Source: Dehalococcoidia bacterium (lineage in GTDB: Bacteria; Chloroflexota; Dehalococcoidia; Plut-88900). From it: a DNA stretch of 64,000 nucleotides. A model generated the notes under the pieces. It was not told the DNA's origin and did no database searches. It saw only the letters and a list, made by a program, of their open reading frames with translations. A program made the position numbers and the translations under genes. The DNA is taken from positions 96,001-160,000 of the forward strand of contig CBDFLQ010000006.1 of NCBI GenBank assembly GCA_965249275.1, given 5' to 3'. Position 1 is the first letter of the stretch, and the number at the start of each line of letters is the position of its first letter. This document shows, piece by piece, positions 1 to 10,354 of this stretch.

Positions 1-1001
1 TGGGCGATCACCCCATCCGCAAACAGCTTCAGTGACTCTTCAAGACTCGTGAACCTGCCGTTGGAAGCTTGTGTGTTCAGCACTACCGTATCGAACCCCG
101 ACACCGTCGCCATCCTCTCCACCTGTGCTCTAACCTCATGGGGTGTGCCTGCCAAGGCCAGCTGGTCGATGAATTTATCGGGCACGCCGCCCGCGTTCTT
201 AGGCGCGTTTGGGTCGTGTGGGTACGGAGAAAACCCCTTCTTAATCCGCTCGATGGCTTCCCTGTCTTCCTCTTCGAACAGGTCCGGGTTGACCCGCGAC
301 AGCAGACTGGCTACGTGCTTGGAGACGTGCTCCCGGGCCACTCCTCCCTCCTTCGCAATGGCGAAGGGCACCCACATTATCACGTCCGCCTCCGAAATAT
401 CCTTCCCCGCCTCCCCCATCCCCGCGTAGGTCTTGTCCAGCCCCTCCTGCACAAAAGCCGGCCCCGACCCAGCCATCAGTATGATGTTCGATGTCATGCT
501 TGTCGCCGCTCTTAGCATCTTCGGCCCCGTCCCTGCAACGTAAATCGGGATCCGGGTCGGGCTGTCCAGCCAGGAGATGCCGCCTCTCACACCGCCGTCG
601 AAGTCCGTGTCCCTGTTGTCCAGCAGGTCTGTCAGCTGCCCGACGTACTCCTCCATCTCCGCAATGCGTGCCGGCCTTCGCCCTATGGTCCTGACCAGGC
701 TGTTGCCCGTACTCACCCCCAGGATCACTCTGCCCGGCGCAAGTTCGTTCAACGAGGCAAAAGCGCCCGCCGTTACGCTCACGTGCCGGGTGTACGGCGC
801 CGTGACCCCCGCCCCCAGCTTTATCCGGCTCGTGCCCAAGGCGCAGGCGGTCAGGGTAACGTAAAGCTCCCGGCACAACACCTGGGAGTCGGCGATCCAC
901 AGACTGTCGTAGCCTAGCTCCTCCGCCAACTGCGCTATGCGCACTACCTCCGGCAGAGGTTGCTGCGCAAATATGCACGCCCCGAACTTCAGCTTTCTCA
1001 T
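1..1001 (-). CDS. LLM-class (luciferase-like, Mer-type, probably F420-dependent) oxidoreductase, truncated at the window edge
   Basis: Manual translation from ATG at 1001: MRKLKFGACIFAQQPLPEVVRIAQLAEELGYDSLWIADSQ...TSRIKLGAGVTAPYTRH...LNELAPGRVILG. The frame runs off the left end, so it is absent from the ORF track. Confidence 0.85.
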   Translation of the reverse strand, partial: MRKLKFGACIFAQQPLPEVVRIAQLAEELGYDSLWIADSQVLCRELYVTLTACALGTSRIKLGAGVTAPYTRHVSVTAGAFASLNELAPGRVILGVSTGNSLVRTIGRRPARIAEMEEYVGQLTDLLDNRDTDFDGGVRGGISWLDSPTRIPIYVAGTGPKMLRAATSMTSNIILMAGSGPAFVQEGLDKTYAGMGEAGKDISEADVIMWVPFAIAKEGGVAREHVSKHVASLLSRVNPDLFEEEDREAIERIKKGFSPYPHDPNAPKNAGGVPDKFIDQLALAGTPHEVRAQVERMATVSGFDTVVLNTQASNGRFTSLEESLKLFADGVIA

Positions 1002-1062
1002 AAACCGCCTTCCCACTAGTCTCGCCATTGTAACACCTGCTCCCACCATCTCTGATCCCCGT

Positions 1063-1091
1063 GTCATCCCGAGGCCCCGCGAGGGATCTAG
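1063..1091 (+). repeat. REP-like repeat family A, left half (split by IS5; right half 2292-2300)
   Basis: GTCATCCCGAGGCCCCGCGAGGGATCTAG|GACTTGCCC; matches the intact copy at 32538-32575. Confidence 0.85.
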
Positions 1092-2287
1092 GGAAGCTCT
1101 GAACAACTCACTGTAAACCAGCTTAGGTTGTCTTGCATGGAGTTTTGGGGAGAGGTTGGGTCGTAATGTTGCGTCTCGGTGGCTTATTTGCATCCTATGT
1201 TCTGGCCTGTCAGGGCATCCAGTCACCATCGACCCGGATTTGACCACACTGCTCCTCCGTCACACCGCTAAGTGGCGCTCGGCCCTTACCAAGTTGGCCA
1301 GCCCCAGCAGCATCGCCACCCGTTGCGTGTTCTTGTACAAGCCCCTGTAGCGGACCTTGGCGTAGCCGAAGTGCCGTTTCACGTACAGGAACGGATGCTC
1401 CACCTTAGCCCTGATGGATGATTTGCTCTTCTCCGCCAAGGCCTCGCAGCTCCCCGCCCTCAGTTTCCGACGCCGTCCAGGTCTCATCGCCACCCGCCAC
1501 TCCACATCCATATCCCGATTCTCCGCCCGCTTCTCCACTCCCTGATATCCCGCATCTCCCCACACTCGCCTCTCCCCTCCATGCAGCAGCCGGTGCGCCT
1601 CCGTCACGTCATGCACGTTCGCAGCTGTCGTACTCATACTGTGCACCACCCCCGTGTCAGCGTCTGCACCAATGTGCACTTTCATACCGAAGTGCCACTC
1701 CTTCCCCTTCTTCACCTGGTGCATATCGGGGTCTCGCTCTCCAGCACGGTTCTTCGTAGACGCCGGCGCCTCGATGATGCTCGCATCCACAATCGTACCC
1801 TCCCTGAGCCTCAGTCCCCGAGACTCCAGATGACGGTTGATCTCCTCGAACAGCCCCCGACCCAACTCCTGCTCTTCCAGCAGATGGCGGAAGTTCAGTA
1901 TCGTAGTCTCGTCAGGCAAGGGGCCGGACAGCCTCAGACCTGCGAACCGCCTCACCGACTCCACCTCGTAGAGCATGTCCTCCATGCCCGGATCGCTCAG
2001 GTTGTAGAACAGCTGCACGCAGTGTATCCGCAGCATCACCGACAACTCGTAGGGCCTCCGTCCACGGCCCGCCCTGGAATAGTAGGGCCGGATTCGCTCC
2101 TCTAACTTTCCCCATGGAACCAGGTCCTCCATCCGCTCCAGAAATATCTCCCGGCGGGTCTTTCGCTTCTTGCCCTCGTATTCCAAGTCTGCAAATGTCG
2201 GCTGCTCCATCAAATCTCACCTCAGCTTTGGCCTTACTCTCCCTATCTTACCTATTACCTATGCCCTTAGACTTGTTCAGAGGTTTC
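1092..2287 (-). mobile_element. IS5-family insertion sequence
   Basis: Terminal inverted repeats GGAAGCTCTGAACAA (1092-1106) and TTGTTCAGAGGTTTC (2273-2287), 13/15 match; CTAG target duplication at 1088-1091 and 2288-2291; encloses a transposase. Confidence 0.93.
1260..2210 (-). CDS. IS5-family DDE transposase
   Basis: MEQPTFADLEY...KRKTRREIFL, LSDPGMED, PDETTILNFRHLLE, IVDASII, WHFGMKVHIGAD, RAKVEHPF motifs. Confidence 0.95.
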   Translation of the reverse strand: MEQPTFADLEYEGKKRKTRREIFLERMEDLVPWGKLEERIRPYYSRAGRGRRPYELSVMLRIHCVQLFYNLSDPGMEDMLYEVESVRRFAGLRLSGPLPDETTILNFRHLLEEQELGRGLFEEINRHLESRGLRLREGTIVDASIIEAPASTKNRAGERDPDMHQVKKGKEWHFGMKVHIGADADTGVVHSMSTTAANVHDVTEAHRLLHGGERRVWGDAGYQGVEKRAENRDMDVEWRVAMRPGRRRKLRAGSCEALAEKSKSSIRAKVEHPFLYVKRHFGYAKVRYRGLYKNTQRVAMLLGLANLVRAERHLAV

Positions 2288-2369
2288 CTAGGACTTGCCC
2301 ACCCACATCCCACTATGCCATCCACCCCCTTGCGCCCCTACTCCCACCCCCCTTATCATCCCACCCGCT

Positions 2370-3365
2370 ATGGCCCCACCTCCAAACCCCAACTCTGCAA
2401 GAATAGTCGTCATAGGCGGCGGCACCGGTAACTATGTCGTCCTCAACGGGCTCAAGCACCACACTTCCAACCTCACCGCAATTGTCGCCATGACTGACAG
2501 CGGAGGCTCCTCCGGCCGGCTCCGAGACCAGCTCGGCCAGCTTCCTCCAGGGGATGTTCGCCAATGTCTCCTCGGCCTGAGCCCCGACAACCCCAACGAC
2601 TCAATCCTCCGCCGTCTCCTCGACTACCGCTTCGACCGCGGCCAAGACCTGCAGGGCCACAGCTTCGGCAACCTGATGCTCGCCGCCCTCACCGAGTTAA
2701 CCGGCAGCATGGCCCTCGCCATCATCGAGGCTGGGCGCATGCTACAGATCACTGGCCGCGTCCTCCCTGTGACCCTCACCAAGACCAACTTAAAGGCCCG
2801 GCTGGTCGATGGCACAGTCGTCTCCGGAGAGGCCAGCATCGACGTCCGCAGCATCAAGCCCGGCGTCCTAATCGATTATGTCTACCTCGATCCCCCTGCC
2901 CAGGTTTATGCTCCTGTGGTCGAGGCCATCCTTGAAGCCGACCTTGTAGTCATGGGCCCCGGCGACCTTTACACCAGCATCATCCCTAATCTGATGGTCG
3001 ACGGAGTTGGTGACGCAATAGCCCGCACCCGGGCCAAGGTTGTCTACACCTCCAACCTTATGACCAAACCCGGAGAGTCGGACTCGTTCAAAGTCTCCGA
3101 CTTCGTAAAGGAGGTGAAGGGTTACATGGGCCCGAGTGGGCGCATCGACTATCTTCTGGTCAACAGTGGTCCAATGCCAGAGGAGGTCGTGGACCGTTAC
3201 CGTTCTAGCAATGCCCACCCTGTCGAGTTGGATACTGAGGAATGCGCCGGCCTGGTTGGGCGGATAGTCCGTAGCCCGATAGTCGGGCATGGGGCACAGA
3301 TCAGACACGACTCCGACGCCTTGGCCAGGACGATCATGAGCGTGGCCGAGGATCAGGCCTCGTAG
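2370..3365 (+). CDS. yvcK: YvcK/CofD-like UDP-GlcNAc-binding gluconeogenesis factor
   Basis: IVVIGGGTG, DSGGSSGRLR, PPGDVRQCL, GHSFGNL, GPGDLYTSIIPNL, IRHD; start moved to ATG 2370. Confidence 0.9.
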   Translation: MAPPPNPNSARIVVIGGGTGNYVVLNGLKHHTSNLTAIVAMTDSGGSSGRLRDQLGQLPPGDVRQCLLGLSPDNPNDSILRRLLDYRFDRGQDLQGHSFGNLMLAALTELTGSMALAIIEAGRMLQITGRVLPVTLTKTNLKARLVDGTVVSGEASIDVRSIKPGVLIDYVYLDPPAQVYAPVVEAILEADLVVMGPGDLYTSIIPNLMVDGVGDAIARTRAKVVYTSNLMTKPGESDSFKVSDFVKEVKGYMGPSGRIDYLLVNSGPMPEEVVDRYRSSNAHPVELDTEECAGLVGRIVRSPIVGHGAQIRHDSDALARTIMSVAEDQAS

Positions 3366-4747
3366 CTGATTTCCCCCGACTGCGCCGTCACCTTGTTCAG
3401 CTTCCGGTTCAGGTGCAGCCCCTCCAGTATGAACTCCACCCCCGACGCAACTGCTGCCGGCTTCTTGTCGCACTCCAGCTTCTGCAGCCCCTTTTCGAAG
3501 CCCCCGAGCTTCTTGACGAGACGAGTGTGTGTCCGGGAGTGGGCCATGTCCGAAATGCCCACACTTGCCCCTTCCTGGAACTGCGTAAGTAACGCAGCGA
3601 AGTCGGTAACGTTGAAATAGCGGGCAAATACGTTGGACACGGCCCGGTCCACGAGTCCGTCCAGCACCTGCTCGCTCCGCTCGTCCTCCACGGTCTCCAG
3701 CTCCAGCTTACCCAGCGTCGACGCCTTAAGATAAGTCAGGTCCGAAATCCTCGGCGCCGCCGCCTTCTCACCAGTGTGGAGCGCCCTCCGCATGGCGTTA
3801 CCCATAATGCTTTCGTAGTTTGCCGTCGATATCCTGACACTGACACCCGACCTCTGATTCACGTCCGGGCTCTTCCGAGCCAACGCCGACACTTGCGCCA
3901 CGATCTCCTTCATAAAGTGCGGCACCAGTGTCGTACGCCCATCCTCGAATCGCCGCGCTTCACTTTCCATTATTGCAATTTCGACTTCCGGCGTCTGGGG
4001 ATAGTGCGTGCGTATCTGGGCCCCATACCTGTCCTTGAGCGGCGTGATAATCCGTCCCCGGTTCGTGTAGTCCTCCGGGTTGGCGCTTGCTACCACCAGG
4101 ATGTCCAAAGGCAGCCGGATCTGGTATCCCTTGACCTGGATGTCACGTTCCTGCATCAAGTTGAATAGCCCGACTTGTAACCTTTCCGCCAGGTCGGGAA
4201 GCTCGTTGATGCAGAAAATGCCGCGGTTGGTCCTCGGGACCAGACCGTAGTGAATGGTAAGCTCGTCGGATAGATACCGTCCCTCGGTGACCTTGATCGG
4301 GTCGATGTCCCCGATCAAGTCGGCCATGGTCACGTCGGGAGTGGCAAGCTTCTCAGCGTAGCGATCGTCCCGGTGAAGCCAAGTCACCGGCGTCCCATCC
4401 CCGAGCTCGCGCACCTTGTCCCTGCAGGTACGGCAGACCGGAGCGTATGGGTCGTCGTTGATCTCGCACCCCTCCACCACGGGAACTTCCTCGTCCAGAA
4501 GACTCACCAAGCCGCGGATCATCCGGCTCTTCGCCTGCCCTCGCTCTCCGAGCACGATGATGTCCTGACCCGCCAGCAGGGCATTTTCAAGCTGGGGCAT
4601 AACCGTGTCCTCGTACCCGAGGATCCCTTCGAACAGCGGCTCCCGCTCCTCTAGCTTGCGGACCAGGTTCCGCCTTAGCTCCGCCTTTATAGACAGCGTC
4701 TCGTACCCCGACTCCCTAAGCTCTCCAACCGTACTGGCCTTTACCAT
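3353..4747 (-). CDS. Magnesium chelatase ChlI-like AAA+ ATPase
   Basis: GERGQAKSR Walker A, INELPDL, ANPEDYTNRGRIITPLKDR; start at MVKAST (4747). Confidence 0.85.
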   Translation of the reverse strand: MVKASTVGELRESGYETLSIKAELRRNLVRKLEEREPLFEGILGYEDTVMPQLENALLAGQDIIVLGERGQAKSRMIRGLVSLLDEEVPVVEGCEINDDPYAPVCRTCRDKVRELGDGTPVTWLHRDDRYAEKLATPDVTMADLIGDIDPIKVTEGRYLSDELTIHYGLVPRTNRGIFCINELPDLAERLQVGLFNLMQERDIQVKGYQIRLPLDILVVASANPEDYTNRGRIITPLKDRYGAQIRTHYPQTPEVEIAIMESEARRFEDGRTTLVPHFMKEIVAQVSALARKSPDVNQRSGVSVRISTANYESIMGNAMRRALHTGEKAAAPRISDLTYLKASTLGKLELETVEDERSEQVLDGLVDRAVSNVFARYFNVTDFAALLTQFQEGASVGISDMAHSRTHTRLVKKLGGFEKGLQKLECDKKPAAVASGVEFILEGLHLNRKLNKVTAQSGEISYEA

Positions 4748-4802
4748 TTTTTCACCTTCGAATGAATTGATACCACTTCTTATCCCCTCTCCCTCCACCT
4801 CT

Positions 4803-4840
4803 GTCATTCCGAGGCCCCGCGAGGAATCTAGGACTTGCCC
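4803..4840 (+). repeat. REP-like repeat family A
   Basis: GTCATTCCGAGGCCCCGCGAGGAATCTAGGACTTGCCC. Confidence 0.85.
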
Positions 4841-4973
4841 CTACACCTTCTGCCATGCCCTACCCCTCCCACGACCCCTCAATCTTAACGTTGCTCATGT
4901 TCCCAAACCCCCATCCCCAATGTCAAATTCTCCCCACCTTGCGATACGCACGCCGCGAATGTAGGCTTTCATC

Positions 4974-6140
4974 ATGCCGACCCACACCCTTACGCTCGAC
5001 ACGCTTTCCCTCGACGGCGAAGTAGTCGCAACGCTCAACGGCGAGTCAATACCCATCCCCCTCGCCATCCCCGGGGAGACCGTAGAGATTGAGGTCCATG
5101 AAAATCGGCGAGGCATAAAAACTGGCGTTGTCACCCGGGTAATTGACCCCTCTCCCCACCGCGTCGAGCCCCCGTGCCCCTACTTCGGCGAATGTGGCGG
5201 CTGCCAGTGGCAGCACGTCGCCTATTCTCATCAGCTTGATATGAAGCGCGACGTTCTCAAGAGGCGCCTTGAAGAGGTAGCTGGCTTGAAGTCTCCCAAC
5301 GTATCCCCGACCATCGCCTCTCCTTCGCAGTCCGGATACCGGAATCACGCACGGTTCTCCGTGGACCGGAAAGGGAGCCTCGGATTCACCCGAACCGGTA
5401 CCCACCGTCCCCTCAAAATCGACCGCTGCCTTCTCATGCACGAAGATATAAATGCCGTCTTGGCCGAACTCCAGGGCAAGGGCAAAGGCCTACGTCAGGT
5501 CGCTGTCAGGTGTGGTGCCAACACCGGAAGTCTTCTCATCCAACCCTCCCTCAACATCCCAGGCGTCAACGTCGAGTCCGGCCAGTCCGACTTCACCGAG
5601 TCTCTCTTCGGCTACAGCTTCAAAGTCTCCAGCCCGTCCTTCTTCCAGGTCAACACGCCCCAGGCCGAGCGAATGACCGCCGAACTTAGGGACCGACTCT
5701 ACCCTACCGGAGATGAACTCCTTTTCGACGCCTACGGCGGCGTGGGAACTTTCGCTGTCCTCCTTGCCCCCTACTACCGGGAGATAGTCACCCTGGAGGA
5801 GTCTCCCTCAGCCATCGAGGACGCCTTGATAAACTGTCGACCCTTCTCCAACGTAACCGTTATGAAGGGAAAGGCAGAGGAGGTGCTTTCGGAGATTGAG
5901 GCCCTACCCGACACTGTAATTCTCGATCCTCCCCGCGTCGGCTGCCACCCCAGGATCTTGGAGGTGCTTACCTCCCTGCGGCCGCGGAAGATAGGCTACG
6001 TATCCTGTTCCCCGAGCACGTTGGCCCGGGATTTGGCATTCCTCACCGGCAACGGCTATTCTCTAAGGGAAGCCGTGCCCATCGATATGTTTCCCCAGAC
6101 CCACCACGTCGAGTCCATATCCATCCTCGAAAGGACCTGA
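4974..6140 (+). CDS. rlmD: 23S rRNA (uracil-5)-methyltransferase, RlmD/TrmA family
   Basis: TRAM-like N-terminus, CPYFGECGGCQWQH Fe-S motif, FFQVN, DPPR, YVSC, DMFPQTHHVE. Confidence 0.9.
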   Translation: MPTHTLTLDTLSLDGEVVATLNGESIPIPLAIPGETVEIEVHENRRGIKTGVVTRVIDPSPHRVEPPCPYFGECGGCQWQHVAYSHQLDMKRDVLKRRLEEVAGLKSPNVSPTIASPSQSGYRNHARFSVDRKGSLGFTRTGTHRPLKIDRCLLMHEDINAVLAELQGKGKGLRQVAVRCGANTGSLLIQPSLNIPGVNVESGQSDFTESLFGYSFKVSSPSFFQVNTPQAERMTAELRDRLYPTGDELLFDAYGGVGTFAVLLAPYYREIVTLEESPSAIEDALINCRPFSNVTVMKGKAEEVLSEIEALPDTVILDPPRVGCHPRILEVLTSLRPRKIGYVSCSPSTLARDLAFLTGNGYSLREAVPIDMFPQTHHVESISILERT

Positions 6141-6143
6141 CCA

Positions 6144-6803
6144 ATGGCTGCTAAAGACGGCCCGACCCTGGTCCTAGCCTCCCGCTCCCCGAGACGCCGG
6201 GAGATCATGGACGCGATCGGGGTGAGCTACGAAATCGTCCCTGCTGACATAGACGAGGCCTCACTCCTGGACCAGGCCGCTGGCCCGGAGGACGCAGCCC
6301 GCAGGCTAGCCCTGAGCAAGGCCGAGGCCGTAGCCAAACTCCGCCCCGAGGCCCACGTCCTCGCCGCCGATACCGTAGTCTGCCTGAGTCGTCGCATCTT
6401 CGGGAAGCCCGCTGACGAGCAGGAAGCCACCGACATGCTGAAAGCCCTGCGGGGAAAACCCCATCGGGTGGTCACGGGCCTCGCTCTTCTGCCACCTGGA
6501 CCCGCAGACCCTATTGTCGCCCACATCAACACCTCAGTCCTAATGCGTCCCTACACGGACGAGGAAATCGACGCCTATGTCGCCACCGGCTCCCCCATGG
6601 ACAAGGCAGGCGCATACGGAGTCCAGGACACTGAATTTCATCCCGCCGCCCCCGTCAACGGCTGCTACTTCAACGTAGTCGGACTTCCCCTCTGCGCCGC
6701 CTCGGAGATGCTCAGGCAGGCGGGTTTCCCGCCCGTAGTAGACTTGCGTGTCGCTGCGGCGTGCGTCAGCCACCGCTGCCCCTTCGCCGGGTTCGGTCAC
6801 TAG
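6144..6803 (+). CDS. maf: Maf nucleoside triphosphate pyrophosphatase
   Basis: LASRSPRRRE, ADTVV, GKP, DKAGAYGVQ, NVVGLP. Confidence 0.93.
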   Translation: MAAKDGPTLVLASRSPRRREIMDAIGVSYEIVPADIDEASLLDQAAGPEDAARRLALSKAEAVAKLRPEAHVLAADTVVCLSRRIFGKPADEQEATDMLKALRGKPHRVVTGLALLPPGPADPIVAHINTSVLMRPYTDEEIDAYVATGSPMDKAGAYGVQDTEFHPAAPVNGCYFNVVGLPLCAASEMLRQAGFPPVVDLRVAAACVSHRCPFAGFGH

Positions 6804-6825
6804 CGGGCAATACTTGGAGAGCCTA

Positions 6826-8073
6826 CTACTTCCCCCGGTTACCGCCCGACAGACCACCCCCCGCTCGGGGCGAAATCATCAGTCCCGCTAAAGAAACCGC
6901 TATTGGGCATAGAGCTGAGATTATCATGGCCAGGTGCAGGCTTCCCGTTGCCGTCTGCACCGCCCCCACCATCACCGGCCCGATGAAGCTCCCGACCCAC
7001 AACATTGTGAACATCACGCCTTGGATTACCGCTGCCTCCCGGGGCGTGATACCCGGAAGCTCGAACGGAAGCGACGTAAACGGTATCCAGAACGCCCCTC
7101 TAGCCAAGCCGTTGATTATGAAGGTCACAACCAGAATGGGCAGAGACCCGGTGAACAGTACGGCCAGCGATGTGACGGTTACCAAGACTCCTATCCCGAT
7201 GAGCGGGATCCGGTAACCCCCGAATCGGCTGATCACCGGCAACATCACGAATCCCCCCACCGCCACCACCACCCCTACCACTCCAATTATTAGCCCGGCC
7301 TGTACAAGAGACATGTCATATGTCTCTTGCATGAACTTAGGCCAGAAGGTGAATTGGGACATCTGGGCTATCGCATATCCCAGTATTCCTACGCCCAGTA
7401 ACCAGGGCTCTTTGTACTTGAACAGACTCCTAATCGGCGAGCCTTCTTGCGACTGCTCTACCTCTCGGTAATCCGCGGTGCGGTTTTCACGGCCAAGTAG
7501 CACCCAGGCTATCGCCATTCCGATACTGAAGAAGCCCCAGGCATATAGGGTCTTCCGCCAGTCGTTATCAAACGCCTCCAGCAGCATTGGTGCTACTACG
7601 AAGCTCACCGTAAGGCTCACCCCGAACACCGCGTTGAGTATCCCGCTCGAAAGCTGTATCTCTTTCCGTGGCAGCCATTGCCGCACAAGCAGCACCCGAG
7701 ACGCCTCCCGCGCCACCGGGGTAATCCCGAAAAGCACACGTCCAAGCAGCAGGACCACAAAGTTTGCGGCCTCTGCCTGCATGAACACGAAACCAGCCCC
7801 CAGAAACAGCGTTATCGCCGTCAGCAGCATCGGCCTGAACCGAGACATCCAAAGCCCGAAGGGTATCGAAAAGATAAGGCTGCCGATAATTGCCGAAGAG
7901 CCGAGCCACCCCTGCTCCAGGGGCGATAGCCCCAGGTCCTCCGCCATTGCGGGAAGGAGCACTCCCAGCACCAGCGCTCCCACCATCGCCGAGGCGTGCG
8001 CGATGTTAAACGTCATCATCACCACCCAGCGGTATGGTGATGGCGCAGTTATTTCTGCAGGTGGACTAATCAA
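6826..8073 (-). CDS. MFS transporter
   Basis: About 12 hydrophobic segments; LPAMAEDLGLS; LLGRVLFG; paralogue of the next gene. Confidence 0.85.
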   Translation of the reverse strand: MISPPAEITAPSPYRWVVMMTFNIAHASAMVGALVLGVLLPAMAEDLGLSPLEQGWLGSSAIIGSLIFSIPFGLWMSRFRPMLLTAITLFLGAGFVFMQAEAANFVVLLLGRVLFGITPVAREASRVLLVRQWLPRKEIQLSSGILNAVFGVSLTVSFVVAPMLLEAFDNDWRKTLYAWGFFSIGMAIAWVLLGRENRTADYREVEQSQEGSPIRSLFKYKEPWLLGVGILGYAIAQMSQFTFWPKFMQETYDMSLVQAGLIIGVVGVVVAVGGFVMLPVISRFGGYRIPLIGIGVLVTVTSLAVLFTGSLPILVVTFIINGLARGAFWIPFTSLPFELPGITPREAAVIQGVMFTMLWVGSFIGPVMVGAVQTATGSLHLAMIISALCPIAVSLAGLMISPRAGGGLSGGNRGK

Positions 8074-8137
8074 GCGGTCATTGACCCGGGTCCCGTCGTC
8101 CTTTCAGGCCGTCTCATAAATCAGGTCCTGTCCTCAT

Positions 8138-9436
8138 TCAGTTTTTCTCCGGCCTAGGTCTGTCTCTGAACAGCATGAGCCCCGCGGCGGCCATTGTAAG
8201 TCCAAAGAAAGAGCTTATCACCATCGGCCATACCCGATCTCCCGTCGCGTCCCACGCTATTCCTACAAACGCGGGGCCCATTACACCCCCCAGCCGCCCC
8301 ACCCCTTCGATAAACCCGGACGCCACCGCTATCTGCCTGTGCGTAACCCCAGGTATCTCGAACGGCACTGTCCAAATCAGCGACACGAAGGAAAACCCGA
8401 CGCCGTGAAGCGCCGCAAAAGTCCACAGGAGCGGTATGGCTGTACTCGCATTCATCCCTATCGCTGTGCCGACCAGCAGCAATGCCAGTATCGTCACTAT
8501 TGGACGCCGCATCCCTCTCGATATCCGTCCCATCAACATCGCCGACAAAGCCACGCTGCCTATACCCTCGCAAATCGCCCCCGTCAACAGCATCGCACCG
8601 GATATGGTCTCCTCTATGCCTCGTTCTCGCAGCATCAACGTCGGCCAGAGAGTAAGTATGGAGAATTCCATTACCAGCATCCCGGCCATTCCTACCCCCA
8701 CCACCCAAACATCCTTCTCCTTGAGCACCGACCAGAGGGATGTGTCACCCGAGCCCCCGCGCTCCTGCAAAGCGGGGACGGCTATCGGTTCCTCCGTTCT
8801 GCGTTCCTTGCCTATGGCGGCCCAAACCAGCGTGACTACTACGAATATTGCCCCGTATATCGTGAGTGTCCCCCGCCAGCTTTCGTCCAGCCATATTTGC
8901 AAGTATGGAGTCAGCAGAAGGGCAATCACCGCCGAGGCGCCGTAGGTGGTGTTGACCAGACCGTTCACCAGCACGATCTCCCGTCTCGGGAACCACTGGG
9001 CGGTCAGCATGGCACGCGCCGGCTGCCGAGCCACAATTGCAATGCCGAATGCCAGGCGCGCCAGCAGCAACACCGTATAGGTCGGGGCCCAGGCCTGGAC
9101 TATCACGAACGTCGTCCCGAAGGCCAGGGACCCCAATAAGACTTTGCTCGCGTCCGGCCGGGACAGCCACAGTCCTGCTGGCAGGGACATAATCATTGTC
9201 CCTATGAACATGGACGAACCCAGGAACCCCTGTTGTGCAGAGGAAAGCCCCAGGTCCTCGGAGATGTTGGGCAGCAGGATGCCCAGGGAGAGCATAATGA
9301 GGGAGTTGAGGATGTTGGATAGGCCCAAGAACGCCAACACCACAAACCTGAACCTTGATGGCGGCCTGTTACCAGGGTCTATGACAAACCCCTCCTCCGA
9401 GCAGGCGATGTGGACAACATTCTCACGTCTCCGCAC
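8138..9436 (-). CDS. MFS transporter (true start probably near 9385)
   Basis: LPNISEDLGLS, LLARLAFG, QWFPRRE; about 12 TM segments; GGAGG near 9395. Confidence 0.85.
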   Translation of the reverse strand: MRRRENVVHIACSEEGFVIDPGNRPPSRFRFVVLAFLGLSNILNSLIMLSLGILLPNISEDLGLSSAQQGFLGSSMFIGTMIMSLPAGLWLSRPDASKVLLGSLAFGTTFVIVQAWAPTYTVLLLARLAFGIAIVARQPARAMLTAQWFPRREIVLVNGLVNTTYGASAVIALLLTPYLQIWLDESWRGTLTIYGAIFVVVTLVWAAIGKERRTEEPIAVPALQERGGSGDTSLWSVLKEKDVWVVGVGMAGMLVMEFSILTLWPTLMLRERGIEETISGAMLLTGAICEGIGSVALSAMLMGRISRGMRRPIVTILALLLVGTAIGMNASTAIPLLWTFAALHGVGFSFVSLIWTVPFEIPGVTHRQIAVASGFIEGVGRLGGVMGPAFVGIAWDATGDRVWPMVISSFFGLTMAAAGLMLFRDRPRPEKN

Positions 9437-9574
9437 ATTCTAAAGTATTCTTTGATTGCGGCGGAGGTCTTCTGCCGCTCTATTGTTGGCCGCAAGCCCT
9501 TTTCGTATACTTTCGACGTATCCCCTCTTCTCACTCATCTTCCACGGCCTGGATTCAGAAATCCCAACTCTCAC

Positions 9575-10243
9575 GTGAACGACCTTACCGAGCCACAGGG
9601 CCTAGAGGCCCAAGAATCCCCTGCGCCTCCACAGCGTCACAACATGTTCTCGGGGGTTCAGCTCCTCCTGGAAAAGGCCGGCATCAAACGCCAACATCTG
9701 ATTGCCGGTGCAGCCGTCGCCGCCGCGGCCGCCAGTGTTGGGGCCTTCTTCCTCCACGATTTCCTCTTCGACCAGCAAAACCTGATCTCCCTGGGCTACG
9801 CCGGCGTATTCATCTTCACGTTTCTGGGTGCGGCTACCATTTTTCTGCCCAGCGCCAGCAGTCTGGTGGTCATTGGGGCCGGGGCATGGCTCAATCCCTT
9901 CCTTGTGGGACTCGTAGCTGGCACCGCCGCAAGCCTGGGCGAGTTTACCGGCTATGCCATTGGATACGAGGGCGGCGAGCTTCTCGAAAGGCGCAGCAGG
10001 GTTTTCCAACGGGCCAAAGGTTGGATGGAGAAACGCGGAAGCATCACCCTATTTCTCCTATCGATCTTACCCAATCCCTTCTTTGACGCCGCGGGTTTGG
10101 CCGCGGGCGCCAGCAAGTTCCCCATCAAGAGGTTCTTCGCCATCGTATGGGTGGGCAAGACCATCCAGGCAATCGTCGGCGCATACCTCGGGGAGCGTAC
10201 GTGGGACTGGCTTTCCGAGATAATCGACCGAATACTCTCCTGA
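9575..10243 (+). CDS. VTT/DedA (SNARE-associated) membrane protein
   Basis: LGYAGVF, GEFTGYAIG, PNPFFDAAGLAAG; start uncertain (GTG 9575). Confidence 0.8.
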   Translation: MNDLTEPQGLEAQESPAPPQRHNMFSGVQLLLEKAGIKRQHLIAGAAVAAAAASVGAFFLHDFLFDQQNLISLGYAGVFIFTFLGAATIFLPSASSLVVIGAGAWLNPFLVGLVAGTAASLGEFTGYAIGYEGGELLERRSRVFQRAKGWMEKRGSITLFLLSILPNPFFDAAGLAAGASKFPIKRFFAIVWVGKTIQAIVGAYLGERTWDWLSEIIDRILS

Positions 10244-10354
10244 CCCGTTCCGGCTCCCTCGACTGCTCAGATACAATCTCACCGGCATTCAGTGTAAAAT
10301 TAACGTTTGGATGCTCCTTTTTTATCAATAAAAACAGGTCTTTTAAATAGCCTT

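Noticed and set aside
241-978. 245-aa minus-strand ORF in the track
   Set aside because: Alternative frame overlapping the real LLM oxidoreductase that starts at 1001.
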